Shown here one piece after another: positions 1-10,849 of a DNA stretch of 53,608 nucleotides (within the stretch, counting starts at the first letter, position 1; every line of letters begins with the position of its first letter). Below the pieces are notes generated by a model. That model made no database searches, was not told the DNA's origin, and saw nothing but the letters and a program-made list of their open reading frames with translations. Made by a program: the position numbers and the translations under genes. The DNA comes from Aquificaceae bacterium (lineage in GTDB: Bacteria > Aquificota > Aquificia > Aquificales > Aquificaceae), in contig JAXSMZ010000002.1 in the NCBI GenBank assembly GCA_037924335.1, positions 16,222 to 69,829 on the forward strand, given 5' to 3'.

Positions 1-658
1 CAAAGACCACCTTTATACCATCCTTTCTCATTATGTTTATTATGTTTACCATGTAGGATGGTTTTGGCTCTTCTTCCGCATGAACTCCCATGATGCCTAT
101 GTTCTTAAGTCCATAATCCCTTGCCAAATAACCCCAAGCCCTGTGGGTTGTTATCATCGTTCTTACTCTGCAAGTCTTTAGCATCTGTTCGTACTCTCTA
201 TCAAGCTCCATCAGTTTTTTTTCGTAATCTCTGTACCTTTCTTCGAGCTTCTTAGAACTGTCCCATTGGGAAATCTTTGCTTTTATGTTTCTCACTAAGA
301 TAAAATACTGCTTGGGAGATAGCCAAATATGGGGGTCTGGAAATTGTCCGTACTTTAAAAGGTTTATACCATCATTTAGCTCTACAACTTTCCCCTTTGG
401 TAAGTTCCTTTCGATCCTTTTTTCCCAAGCTTCCACTCCAAGTGTGAACACAGCTTTAGCTTTCAAGAGTTCCCTTATATCCTTTGGCTTTAACTCGTAT
501 TGGTGGACATCTGCCATGCTTTTTATGAGAATCTCCACTTTGTGTCTGTCGCCGATCATATAATTGAGGGGATAGTAAATGGGGTATGTGGTTGCAACGA
601 ACAGATACTCTGCAAAAGAAAGACTTACGGTTAATATAAGAAGTGCCAAGGTTCGCAT
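1..658 (-). CDS. Metal (Zn/Mn) ABC transporter substrate-binding protein, ZnuA/TroA family (3' end runs off the window)
   Basis: Not in the ORF track. Manual translation from ATG at 658 gives MRTLALLILTVSLSFAEYLFVATTYPIYY...DVHQYELKP...DPHIWLSP..., i.e. a signal peptide plus the H-x-Y-E and DPHIW motifs of cluster A-I binding proteins. Confidence 0.85.
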   Translation of the reverse strand, partial: MRTLALLILTVSLSFAEYLFVATTYPIYYPLNYMIGDRHKVEILIKSMADVHQYELKPKDIRELLKAKAVFTLGVEAWEKRIERNLPKGKVVELNDGINLLKYGQFPDPHIWLSPKQYFILVRNIKAKISQWDSSKKLEERYRDYEKKLMELDREYEQMLKTCRVRTMITTHRAWGYLARDYGLKNIGIMGVHAEEEPKPSYMVNIINIMRKDGIKVVF

Positions 659-674
659 AAGAACATTATATTCT

Positions 675-1127
675 CTATTTCCTTAGCCCCTTGAAGAATT
701 TTTTTAGGAGTTCCTCAGACCTCTCGTTGGGTGTGTAAGCCCATTTTACTCTATGGTTTAACCTTATGTCATCCAACAAGTTGTAAAGGCTCATAACACC
801 ACCGTGTTTTTCATCCTGAGCCAGAAATATGACCTTTTCTACCCTTCTTAGGACCATAGAATAGGTACACATTAGGCACGGTTCCAAGCTAACATAAATT
901 CTGCACCCATAGAGATATTTCTCTCCAAGCTTACTGGAAGCTTCTTTTAACGCTAGCATTTCTGCGTGGGCAGTAGGGTCCCTTAGCTCTTCAACGCGGT
1001 TGTGAGCCTTGGCTATGACCTTCTTATCCTTTACAACTACACATCCAACTGGAACTTCACCCTTTTCGTAGGCTATCTTAGCTTCTTCTAAACAGAGTGA
1101 TATGTATGTCTGGTCTTTCAAGCTCAA
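675..1127 (-). CDS. tadA: tRNA-specific adenosine deaminase
   Basis: EVPVG, DPTAHAE and LEPCLMC zinc-deaminase motifs. Confidence 0.9.
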   Translation of the reverse strand: MSLKDQTYISLCLEEAKIAYEKGEVPVGCVVVKDKKVIAKAHNRVEELRDPTAHAEMLALKEASSKLGEKYLYGCRIYVSLEPCLMCTYSMVLRRVEKVIFLAQDEKHGGVMSLYNLLDDIRLNHRVKWAYTPNERSEELLKKFFKGLRK

Positions 1128-1426
1128 TGCCCTGGAGATATTATGGCTAAAACTATCATATCATCTTCGGACCTCATACCATGGAGTTCCAACGGTTCAT
1201 AGGGTATAAGGTCGCCCTCTTCAACGTCTATCCACTCCTCGCCCCTTAGGAAGCTACCCTTCCCTTTTGCACAGTAAAGGAAAACCCTTGAAGTGCTTTT
1301 GTGTGCGGGAACTTCGTTCCCTTTTGGCATGTAAAAGGTTATAATTCTTGCCTCTTTTGAATCGTGTAAGAGATCGCCTTTTGTTTTGAAGGGATCAAAA
1401 GACTCTTTGAGTACGTTCTTCTTCAT
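1124..1426 (-). CDS. Cupin domain protein
   Basis: G-x-E-V-P-A-H ... GDLI...P...HG cupin pattern; SD GGAGG upstream. Confidence 0.75.
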   Translation of the reverse strand: MKKNVLKESFDPFKTKGDLLHDSKEARIITFYMPKGNEVPAHKSTSRVFLYCAKGKGSFLRGEEWIDVEEGDLIPYEPLELHGMRSEDDMIVLAIISPGH

Positions 1427-1447
1427 TGAGCACCTCCATAGCCCCTT

Positions 1448-1489
1448 ATTTTACTCAAAAGAATTAAATATGTAAATGATTACTATCAT
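1448..1489 (-). promoter_or_regulatory. Sigma70-type promoter (TTTACA-17-TAAAAT) with an ATGAT-N4-ATCAT palindrome just upstream
   Basis: -10 at 1448-1453, -35 at 1471-1476, palindrome at 1476-1489. Confidence 0.5.
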
Positions 1490-1495
1490 ACGTCT

Positions 1496-2041
1496 TTACT
1501 CACCCATTATCTCTTTCTCTTTTGTTTGGGTAAGTTTATTTATCTCTTCTATGTATCTGTCTGTGAGTTTTTGAAGCCTTTCCAATGCTCTTTTTATATC
1601 ATCCTCAGATACTCCTTCCAGCTTTTCAATCATCTCCTTTGCATCCCTTCTTATGTTCCTTACAGCTACCCTTGCCTCCTCAGCCATTTTGTGAAGCATT
1701 TTCACAAGCTCTTTTCTCCTCTCTTGAGTGAGGGGCGGTAGGGTTATCCTCAGCACGTTTCCCTGCCTTTGAGGTGTTAGTTTGAGATTTTCCATTATAG
1801 CCTTTTCTATGCTTGAGACCGCGTTGGCATCCCAGAGCTGGATGGTTAGCTGGTTTACATCGCTTACACTTATACTTCCAAGCTGTTTAAGAGGAACCTT
1901 TGAACCGTAATATTCTACCTTTAGCTCTTCAACAAGAGATGTGCTTGCTCTACCTGTCCTTAGCCCTGCAGTTTCGTTCTTAAAGTAGTTTACTGCCTTT
2001 TTCATATCCTCTTCCGCACTTTTAAAAATATCCTCTATCAT
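1496..2041 (-). CDS. frr: Ribosome recycling factor
   Basis: LRTGRAS, PPLTQERRKELVK, RVAVRNIRRDA motifs; position in the rpsB-tsf-pyrH operon. Confidence 0.97.
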   Translation of the reverse strand: MIEDIFKSAEEDMKKAVNYFKNETAGLRTGRASTSLVEELKVEYYGSKVPLKQLGSISVSDVNQLTIQLWDANAVSSIEKAIMENLKLTPQRQGNVLRITLPPLTQERRKELVKMLHKMAEEARVAVRNIRRDAKEMIEKLEGVSEDDIKRALERLQKLTDRYIEEINKLTQTKEKEIMGE

Positions 2042-2916
2042 GGCTGTCCTCCTTGTGTGTATGTCTGTATTCTTCTGTTTGCAAGCTCCACATATTCAGG
2101 ATTTATCTCGTAGCCAATGTAATACCTATCACACATCAGGCTTGCTATAGCTGTTTGACCACTACCCATAAAGGGGTCAAGCACTACATCATGTTTGAAG
2201 GTATATAACTGAATTAGCCTATAGGGAAGCTCTATGGGAAAAACCGCAGGGTGTCCCACCTTTTTGGCACTTTCGCTTTTCATATGCCACACACTTCTCG
2301 TAAAATTCAAGAACTCCTCTCTACTTATAGTACTTTGTCCCGTGCTTTTTCTTTCAAAAGTCCCCTTTGAGAAAACAAGAATGTATTCGTGCTCATCCCT
2401 TATTACTGGATTTTTTGCACTAAGCCAAGTGCCCCACGCAGTTGATGGTGCACCACCACCAGCTTTTACCCATATTATCTCACCTCTCATTAAAAAACCC
2501 AACTCAAGCATGTCCTGAATGATAAAGGCATGAAGTGGAATGTAAGGTTTCCTACCAAGATTAGCTACATTTATGCATGCCCTCCCACCAGGAACAAGAA
2601 CTCTATAAACCTCTTTCCAAACCCTCTTAAGAAATTCTCTGTATTCTTTAAAACTCATATCCATATCGTATTCTTTGCCCACGTTGTATGGAGGCGAAGT
2701 TATCATAAGATGAAGGCTACTCTCTGGAATTTCTGACATATCTTCTGAAGATTTGCAAAGGATAGTATTTTTGAGGTTGTCAGGAAATGGGACTTCCTTC
2801 TGGTCTCTTTGAGCCTCTACTGGCATAAATTCAGAGTATAGCCTTCTGCGATAAAAATCCGAGGAGTCATGAGCTATCCTTCCATTGCTTCCAAACCTGC
2901 TTGTTTTTGTTTTCAT
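2038..2916 (-). CDS. Site-specific DNA methyltransferase, beta-class amino-MTase (probably N4-cytosine)
   Basis: Motif IV TSPPY precedes HPAVFP and motif I VLDPFMGSG. Confidence 0.9.
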   Translation of the reverse strand: MKTKTSRFGSNGRIAHDSSDFYRRRLYSEFMPVEAQRDQKEVPFPDNLKNTILCKSSEDMSEIPESSLHLMITSPPYNVGKEYDMDMSFKEYREFLKRVWKEVYRVLVPGGRACINVANLGRKPYIPLHAFIIQDMLELGFLMRGEIIWVKAGGGAPSTAWGTWLSAKNPVIRDEHEYILVFSKGTFERKSTGQSTISREEFLNFTRSVWHMKSESAKKVGHPAVFPIELPYRLIQLYTFKHDVVLDPFMGSGQTAIASLMCDRYYIGYEINPEYVELANRRIQTYTQGGQP

Positions 2917-2917
2917 A

Positions 2918-4502
<1,585 letters not shown>

Positions 4503-4515
4503 CTTTTTACCTCCA

Positions 4516-5340
4516 TCACTCTACTTCTTCAGCTCCTTTGTCTATGTACTCGTACTTTTCTGACATCTCCATAGCCTTTTCAAAGAGAGCCTTTTCTTCT
4601 TCTTCAACTGTGACAATTTTCCTTCTTACACTCTCTACTTCCTCTCCCAGCCTTTCCCTTCTGTGCCTTCCTTCTATAACAGCGTCGGCGATCTTTGATG
4701 TGAGAAGTTTTATGGACTTTATTGCATCATCGTTTCCTGGTATTGGAAAGTCTATAAAATCTGGGTCACAGTTAGAGTCTGCTATGGCTACTATTGTTAT
4801 ACCAAGCTTTTTGGCTTCCTGCACAGCTAAATGTTCCCTTAGTGTATCCACAACCCAGAGTATGTCAGGTAAACCCTCCAGGTTAATTATCCCTCCGTAG
4901 AGTTTACGGAGTCTTTCCATTTTTCTCTTCATAAACCTTACTTCCTTCTTAGGAAGCACGTCAAAAACTCCCTCCGCTTCCATTCTCTCAAGAGTTTTTA
5001 GCTTCTGCATGCTCTTTTTCACTGTCCTGAAATTGGTAAGAAGTCCACCTACCCACCTTTCGTTTATGTAAGGAACGCCTGCCCTCTCTGCCTCTTCCTT
5101 TATCACATCCTTTGCCTGCTTTTTGGTACCAAGGAAAAGAACCTCAGCCCCTTCTGCAACCTTATCTGCTATGAAGTTATAAGCTTGTTCAAGATAGACA
5201 ACAGTCTTATTTAGGTCTATTATGTGTATACCGTTCCTTACGCCGTAAAGGTAGGGCGACATCTTTGGGTTCCATCTACCCTTTGAGTGTCCAAAATGGA
5301 CCCCAGCTTCAAGCAAGTCTCTCATAGAAATAACTGTCAT
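4516..5340 (-). CDS. rpsB: 30S ribosomal protein S2 (start reassigned to ATG 5340)
   Basis: [10 protein letters not shown] and [18 protein letters not shown] at 5345-5350. Confidence 0.97.
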   Translation of the reverse strand: MTVISMRDLLEAGVHFGHSKGRWNPKMSPYLYGVRNGIHIIDLNKTVVYLEQAYNFIADKVAEGAEVLFLGTKKQAKDVIKEEAERAGVPYINERWVGGLLTNFRTVKKSMQKLKTLERMEAEGVFDVLPKKEVRFMKRKMERLRKLYGGIINLEGLPDILWVVDTLREHLAVQEAKKLGITIVAIADSNCDPDFIDFPIPGNDDAIKSIKLLTSKIADAVIEGRHRRERLGEEVESVRRKIVTVEEEEKALFEKAMEMSEKYEYIDKGAEEVE

Positions 5341-5411
5341 AATAACCTCCTTGGGTTTTGCCACCCTTTCCCTGAACCCTAACGGGCAACCCAAGAGGGA
5401 AAGGTGCGGAC
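5341..5411 (-). promoter_or_regulatory. Structured rpsB 5' leader (putative S2 autoregulatory RNA)
   Basis: CACCTTTCCCT (5406-5396) pairs with AGGGAAAGGGTG (5373-5362); CTTGGGTT (5395-5388) pairs with AACCCAAG (5357-5350), abutting the SD. Confidence 0.65.
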
Positions 5412-5422
5412 TTATATTAGAA

Positions 5423-6283
5423 TTATACTATAAACTCTTCCTTTGTAAACTTATAAACTCTCTTACAGAACTTACACACAACTTCAGCAAGGCCGTTGTC
5501 AAAGAGCTCCTCTAGTTCCCAATGGTTAAGGAGGTGTAAGCTTGACCTGGCAATATCCTCTGTACATGGACAGTAGTACTCTACCTCTTTAAGCCCTATA
5601 ATTCTTGGTTCCATATCCTTCAGTATTTCGTAAGCAACCATCTCGGGTCTATTATCGGATAAAAACTCTGGCTTTATACTCTTTAGCCTTCTCTCTATAA
5701 ACTCTAATGCTTCCTTTGATGTACCACCCATAGCTTGAACCAGATACCCACCAGCATAACGTATCTTGTTATGACTGTCCAAAAGGACAATCATATCGAC
5801 AAAGGTTCTTACCTGTTCTGATTGCTCAAAGTAAAACATCATGTTATCTTTCATGTCGTCGCTTACTATGGGGACTATGCTTGTGAATGGTACTCCAAGC
5901 CTTAGTTCCTTTATAACCGTAAGAGTACCCTCCAAAGGCTTTCTTATAAAACCTTCTTTGAAACCTCTTACCTTTCCTGTAGCATCAGCCTCCGCAGCTA
6001 TGATACTGTCTTCCAACGCTAGCTTTAAAAGCACCTTCTGTCTTGTGGCATGTTTTACTGAAGAAGTCAGCAAAAGGGCAGAGACAAATACCTTACTTAC
6101 AATGTCCGCATCTTCTCTATCCAAGGTATGCAATCTCTCTGCTGTTTGAAGGGTTCGCGTAGCCCTAAGTGTGTAAACTCTTATGGGTTCATGCCTTGGA
6201 ATAGTTATCACCATATAGTCTTCGTCGTGAAATTGTTTTCTGAGGTCTTCCTGCGTTTCTCTATTTAAGTCCCTATAAAGCAT
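5423..6283 (-). CDS. hslO: Hsp33 redox-regulated chaperone
   Basis: YFEQSEQ, AGGYLVQ and C-terminal CPC...CKFC zinc site. Confidence 0.88.
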   Translation of the reverse strand: MLYRDLNRETQEDLRKQFHDEDYMVITIPRHEPIRVYTLRATRTLQTAERLHTLDREDADIVSKVFVSALLLTSSVKHATRQKVLLKLALEDSIIAAEADATGKVRGFKEGFIRKPLEGTLTVIKELRLGVPFTSIVPIVSDDMKDNMMFYFEQSEQVRTFVDMIVLLDSHNKIRYAGGYLVQAMGGTSKEALEFIERRLKSIKPEFLSDNRPEMVAYEILKDMEPRIIGLKEVEYYCPCTEDIARSSLHLLNHWELEELFDNGLAEVVCKFCKRVYKFTKEEFIV

Positions 6284-6301
6284 AAATTTAAAATATAATC
6301 A

Positions 6302-7117
6302 ATGGAAGATATAAGAGAAGGAAGTGTTGTGCTTGGTACTTATCAGGTCCTTTCCTTTCTTGGTAAGGGAACTTTTGGTAATGTTTATAAGGTTAAGGTG
6401 TTAGGAGGAAGATACAAGGGAAGGGTCATGGCTCTAAAGGTGGCAAGGGATGTTGAGGTTTTACCCTATCTTTGGAAAGAGGTTCAAACATTGCTACTTT
6501 TCAACCATCCCCATATAGTGTCCATGCAGAGCTACCTTTACAAGAAGGACAGGAACGAACTTTACGTTCTGTATGAGTTTATGGATGCTGGAGACCTAAA
6601 AGATTACGTTCTAAGTAAGGGTTGGGTCGGCGAGAGGGAAGCTCTTAAAATCCTTGTTCATATAGCAAGGGGGCTTGAATTCTTACACGGAAGGGGTTAT
6701 ATACACGGTGATATAAAACCAGAGAACGTCTTTGGTAAAAAGATTCTCAAGGATATAGTTTGGAAGCTAGGAGACTTTGGGCTCGTTAGGATAAGGGGGA
6801 GTAGCCATGTTTTAGACGTAAAGGGTACGCTTGGATACATAGCTCCCGAGGTCTTCTACGGTGAAATACACAGGAGCAGTGATATATTTTCACTTGGTTG
6901 CGTCCTTTACTTTATGCTCATGGGTAGAGACCCCTTTGATGATGTGGACAAGAAAGAGAAGCTAAGAAGGAATAAGATGGTAGAGTACTCTATGCCCGCT
7001 GGAATATCTCATGAAACGCAGGAGATCATAAGGATAATGCTTGATACCGATTACAAAAAAAGATTCAGGACAGCAAAGGAGCTGATAGATTACATGGTAG
7101 AGGGGAGGTTGGCATGA
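6302..7117 (+). CDS. Hanks-type Ser/Thr protein kinase, soluble (kinase domain only)
   Basis: GKGTFG, ALK, HGDIKPEN, DFG, APE and SDIFSLG subdomain motifs. Confidence 0.92.
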   Translation: MEDIREGSVVLGTYQVLSFLGKGTFGNVYKVKVLGGRYKGRVMALKVARDVEVLPYLWKEVQTLLLFNHPHIVSMQSYLYKKDRNELYVLYEFMDAGDLKDYVLSKGWVGEREALKILVHIARGLEFLHGRGYIHGDIKPENVFGKKILKDIVWKLGDFGLVRIRGSSHVLDVKGTLGYIAPEVFYGEIHRSSDIFSLGCVLYFMLMGRDPFDDVDKKEKLRRNKMVEYSMPAGISHETQEIIRIMLDTDYKKRFRTAKELIDYMVEGRLA

Positions 7118-7794
7118 AAGTTTTCACCTATCACAACGTAGGTGAGGCTCCAAAGGGAGCAAAGCTTAAAACCCTTTATGTCAAGCCATTACAGCTCAGC
7201 AGGCAGATCCTTTTGCTCAGGTTCTTTGGCTACAGCTTTGTAAAAAGCGATGAACTTTTAAGTGGAAAGGCAGTATCAAAGAGTCTTTTGCTCACCTTTG
7301 ACGACGCTTATATGGATTTTTGGGAGAATGCTTTTCCAGTGCTTAAATCCAATAGGGTTCCAGCCCTTTTATTCGTTCCAGTAGGGCTAATAGGAAAGTT
7401 CAATCTGTGGGACTATGAAAGAGTCAACGTTAAAAAGCCCATCATGGAGTGGTCGCACATAAGGGAGCTCTTGTCAATGGGAATGGAGGTAGGTTCTCAT
7501 ACTGTGTCTCATCCTTACCTTTCCAGGCTATCCATTGCTGAGGCGAAAGAAGAGATAGAATCTTCTAAGAAAATCCTTGAGGACAAGCTTGGTGTAGAAG
7601 TAAAAAGCTTTTGTTACCCATACGGTGATTACAACGAGCGAATAAGAGATATGGTTATGGAGGCAGGTTACAGAATGGCCTTTACAACAAAACCTGGTAA
7701 GTACGAAGAAAGTCCAAACCTTTTTGAGATAAGAAGGGTTACCGTGTTTGGGAATGACCTTTTACCCAAGTTTCTGCTTAAGGTACTTCTATGA
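7114..7794 (+). CDS. Polysaccharide deacetylase (CE4/NodB domain)
   Basis: TYH, LTFDDA, GSHTVSH, FCYPYG motifs. Confidence 0.9.
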   Translation: MKVFTYHNVGEAPKGAKLKTLYVKPLQLSRQILLLRFFGYSFVKSDELLSGKAVSKSLLLTFDDAYMDFWENAFPVLKSNRVPALLFVPVGLIGKFNLWDYERVNVKKPIMEWSHIRELLSMGMEVGSHTVSHPYLSRLSIAEAKEEIESSKKILEDKLGVEVKSFCYPYGDYNERIRDMVMEAGYRMAFTTKPGKYEESPNLFEIRRVTVFGNDLLPKFLLKVLL

Positions 7795-8834
7795 AGATAG
7801 CATGGCTCAATGGGAACCCAAATCCCAAGTTTGGCGGTACTGAGATACACACAGTGCAGATGGTAAAAGAACTCCAAAGGGAAGGTGTGGATGTTATCCT
7901 TTTGACAGCCAAAAACTCCTATGTTGACAGACACACACAGGGAGTTAAGAAGTACTATATATCTTTTCCAAACAGTTTAGCCCTTATGAGCACATACAGG
8001 TTGATGCGCGTTCTGAAAGAAGAAAAGCCAAATTTTTTAGTGGCCAACAACGGAAAAGAGTATGCAAACGCTTTGATATCTGCCAAGCTTTCTGGTACAA
8101 GGGTTGTTTTCTTTAGACATATGGAGAGAATGAAAGAGTGGACGGTAAGAAAGTTCATCTTTCCCTATGTGGACTTTTTCTTTGCCGTCAGCCATCAGGT
8201 CAAGAACAATCTGATAGAAGAAGGCGTAGACCCTAAGAGAATAAAGGTTATATACAATACTGTTGATGAGGAGAGGTTCTTTTGGAGGGAAAAGCCTAAG
8301 GATTCTGTGAACTTCCTCTTTGTGGGAAAGCTGGACGAAGGGAAGGGGGTCTTTGACCTTTTGGAGGCTTTTCTCATGCTTTTGGAGAAGAAAGATTCTC
8401 TGAGATGCTTCTTTGTTGGGGAAGGAAGGATGAAGAAAAAGCTTGAGAAGTTTGTAAGAGAGAGAGATCTGGAGGATAGGGTCCTTTTCACTGGCTACGT
8501 GCAGAATGTTGAAAGGTACTATCAATTCTCTCACGTATGCGTTGTACCTTCAAAAGAAACGGAAGCTTTCCCAAGAGTTGCTGTAGAGGCTCTTTCTTGC
8601 GGTTGTGCTTTGGTTGTTTCAGATGTAGGAGGGATAAAGGAGGCGGTCGTTGATGGATTCAACGGTTGTGTTTTCAAAGGTGGGGATGTAAAGGACCTAT
8701 ACGAGAAGATGCTCATAGCCTTAGAAAATTGGGAGTCCTTTTCTAAAAACTCCCTCCATCTTTTCAAAGAGAAGTTTTCAAGGGATAAGATCGTAAGGGG
8801 TCTTGTCTCAACTCTTGGTATAATACAAGCATGA
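7791..8834 (+). CDS. Glycosyltransferase family 4
   Basis: GGTE N-terminal motif, KG, and EAFPRVAVEA (E-x7-E). Confidence 0.9.
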   Translation: MKIAWLNGNPNPKFGGTEIHTVQMVKELQREGVDVILLTAKNSYVDRHTQGVKKYYISFPNSLALMSTYRLMRVLKEEKPNFLVANNGKEYANALISAKLSGTRVVFFRHMERMKEWTVRKFIFPYVDFFFAVSHQVKNNLIEEGVDPKRIKVIYNTVDEERFFWREKPKDSVNFLFVGKLDEGKGVFDLLEAFLMLLEKKDSLRCFFVGEGRMKKKLEKFVRERDLEDRVLFTGYVQNVERYYQFSHVCVVPSKETEAFPRVAVEALSCGCALVVSDVGGIKEAVVDGFNGCVFKGGDVKDLYEKMLIALENWESFSKNSLHLFKEKFSRDKIVRGLVSTLGIIQA

Positions 8835-9964
8835 GCAGACAGGTCAAGATGGCTGAATCTCCAATGGAGGGGCATCCAGACAAGCTGGCGGACCTGATCG
8901 CCGATGCTCTGCTCGATGAGTTCATAAGGAAGGATCCTTACAGCAGGGTTTCCCTTGAGGTTATGCTCATTTCAGGTATGACCTTTGTGTGTGGGCATGT
9001 TTCCACAGAAAGCTACGTGGACATACCCGCAGTTGTGAGGAATACCATAAAGGAAGTTGGGTACAACAAGCCTGAGTACGGCTTTGATGCTGATGTGTCG
9101 GCTGTTATAACTTCTATAGAGGAACAAAGCCCTGAGATAGTTTTAGGTATATCTTCCGAAGGAGCAGGAGATACTGCAACTGTTGTAGGGTATGCATGCA
9201 CTGAGACAGAGAGCCTTATGCCCCTTCCCATAACTCTCGCTCACAGTATCTCAAAAAAAGTTTCAGAGGTTAGAAAGTCTGGTAGGGCACCTTTCCTAAG
9301 ACCAGATGGCAAAGTCCTTGTAACGGTTGTCTATGAGGACTCAGAGCCATTGTTTGTCAAAGACTTGGTTGTTTTTGCTCAGCATGACCCCGATATATTC
9401 ATGGATAATCTAAGGGAGTTCATACACGAGGAGGTTATAAAAAAGGTAGTTCCACAGAGCATGTTAAGAAAGGAAACTAGGGTCTTAATAAACCCATCTG
9501 GTAGGTTTGTTTTTGGTGGTCCTGTGGCAGATGTTGGTCAGACTGGTAGGAAGATAGTCTCAGATGCATACGGAGATGTTGCTTACTCTGGAGGAAGTGC
9601 CTTCTCCGGTAAAGACCCTACAAAGACAGACAGGTCTGCTTCTTACCTTGCCAGGATGATAGCAAAGCATGTTGTGGCTGGAGGATTTGCAAGCAAATGT
9701 ATGGTTCAGATGGCTTATGCCTTTGGAGTAAGTGATGTAATAGCCTTCGATATAGATACTTACGGTACGGAGAGTATACAAAAGGAGAGAATAAAAGAAG
9801 CTATATTGGAAATATTTCCCACTGGACCCAAAAAGATCATAGACTTCCTAGACCTTAGAAAGTCCATTTACAAAAAAACGGCATGTTACGGTCACTTTGG
9901 TAAGGAAGATCTCTCTTGGGAAAAGCTGAGCCAGTTGGAAAAGCTCAAGGAGAAGCTTTTATAA
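8831..9964 (+). CDS. metK: S-adenosylmethionine synthetase, bacterial type, divergent
   Basis: EGHPDK, EQSPEI, GAGD, LRPDGK, TGRKIV, AFSGKDPTKTDRS, YGHFG. Confidence 0.88.
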   Translation: MSRQVKMAESPMEGHPDKLADLIADALLDEFIRKDPYSRVSLEVMLISGMTFVCGHVSTESYVDIPAVVRNTIKEVGYNKPEYGFDADVSAVITSIEEQSPEIVLGISSEGAGDTATVVGYACTETESLMPLPITLAHSISKKVSEVRKSGRAPFLRPDGKVLVTVVYEDSEPLFVKDLVVFAQHDPDIFMDNLREFIHEEVIKKVVPQSMLRKETRVLINPSGRFVFGGPVADVGQTGRKIVSDAYGDVAYSGGSAFSGKDPTKTDRSASYLARMIAKHVVAGGFASKCMVQMAYAFGVSDVIAFDIDTYGTESIQKERIKEAILEIFPTGPKKIIDFLDLRKSIYKKTACYGHFGKEDLSWEKLSQLEKLKEKLL

Positions 9965-9966
9965 GC

Positions 9967-10830
9967 TTACAAGAGCCTGTCCAAGTAGACAGCACAGCCA
10001 ACCGCTTTTATATCTTTCCCAAAAAGACTGTAAAGCTTATCGTACCTACCGCCACCGGCTATTGGATGACCGACGTTTGGATGAAAGAACTCAAAGATAA
10101 GACCCGTGTAGTAGTTCTGAAGTCTAATTTCTGAGAGGTCAAAGCTTATCTCTATACCTTTCAGAGCTTTAGAAAGCCTAAGCAGTTCAGAACATTCCTT
10201 TTCAAACTCTGGTCTTTTCTCACAAAAACTCTCCACCATACTTTTGTCCCCTTGAAAGTAAAGAAGGTCTCTTATGGATGGGTATGGTTCAAGTTGGGAA
10301 AAGTTTTTCTCATAAAGAGCTTTAATTAACCCTTGTCTTTCTTCGTAGTTGTGTTCTTTAACCATTTTGCTTACTATACCCATATGACCAACGCTCACGA
10401 CAAAATCATCTACCCCACAGGCTTTTAAGTACTCCGATATTGTTTGCACAACCTCCGCATCTGTATCTTCCGTCCCCAGATGTTCTATGCCTGTCTGAAA
10501 CCTTTCCATATCTCCAGTGGAAGAGAAAACGTTGCCCCAATAGTATACCTTTATGGGAAGCTCTAAATGTTTTATGCTCGACAGGAACCTGGCCAAGCTT
10601 ATTGTCCAGTCTGCTCTCAAGTTCAGTATATCACCATCTGCACCAGTGCCTATCACTACTGGTTTATAAGAATCGGTATAGACCTCTGGGTCATACATCT
10701 CCACAGAGGGGAGCATAACAAACTTATAGTCTCTAAAAACCTCGCAGGACTTTAGGAAAAAGAACCTGAGCCTTTCAGAATCCTGAAAGGAGAAAAACCT
10801 CTCTTGCGAGGGTATGCTTCCTCTAACCAT
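9967..10830 (-). CDS. hisZ: ATP phosphoribosyltransferase regulatory subunit
   Basis: HisRS-like LRADWT, QTGIE, YYTGLIF, GGGRYDKL; no anticodon-binding domain. Confidence 0.8.
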   Translation of the reverse strand: MVRGSIPSQERFFSFQDSERLRFFFLKSCEVFRDYKFVMLPSVEMYDPEVYTDSYKPVVIGTGADGDILNLRADWTISLARFLSSIKHLELPIKVYYWGNVFSSTGDMERFQTGIEHLGTEDTDAEVVQTISEYLKACGVDDFVVSVGHMGIVSKMVKEHNYEERQGLIKALYEKNFSQLEPYPSIRDLLYFQGDKSMVESFCEKRPEFEKECSELLRLSKALKGIEISFDLSEIRLQNYYTGLIFEFFHPNVGHPIAGGGRYDKLYSLFGKDIKAVGCAVYLDRLL

Positions 10831-10849
10831 ACACTTCAGTATAACCCAA

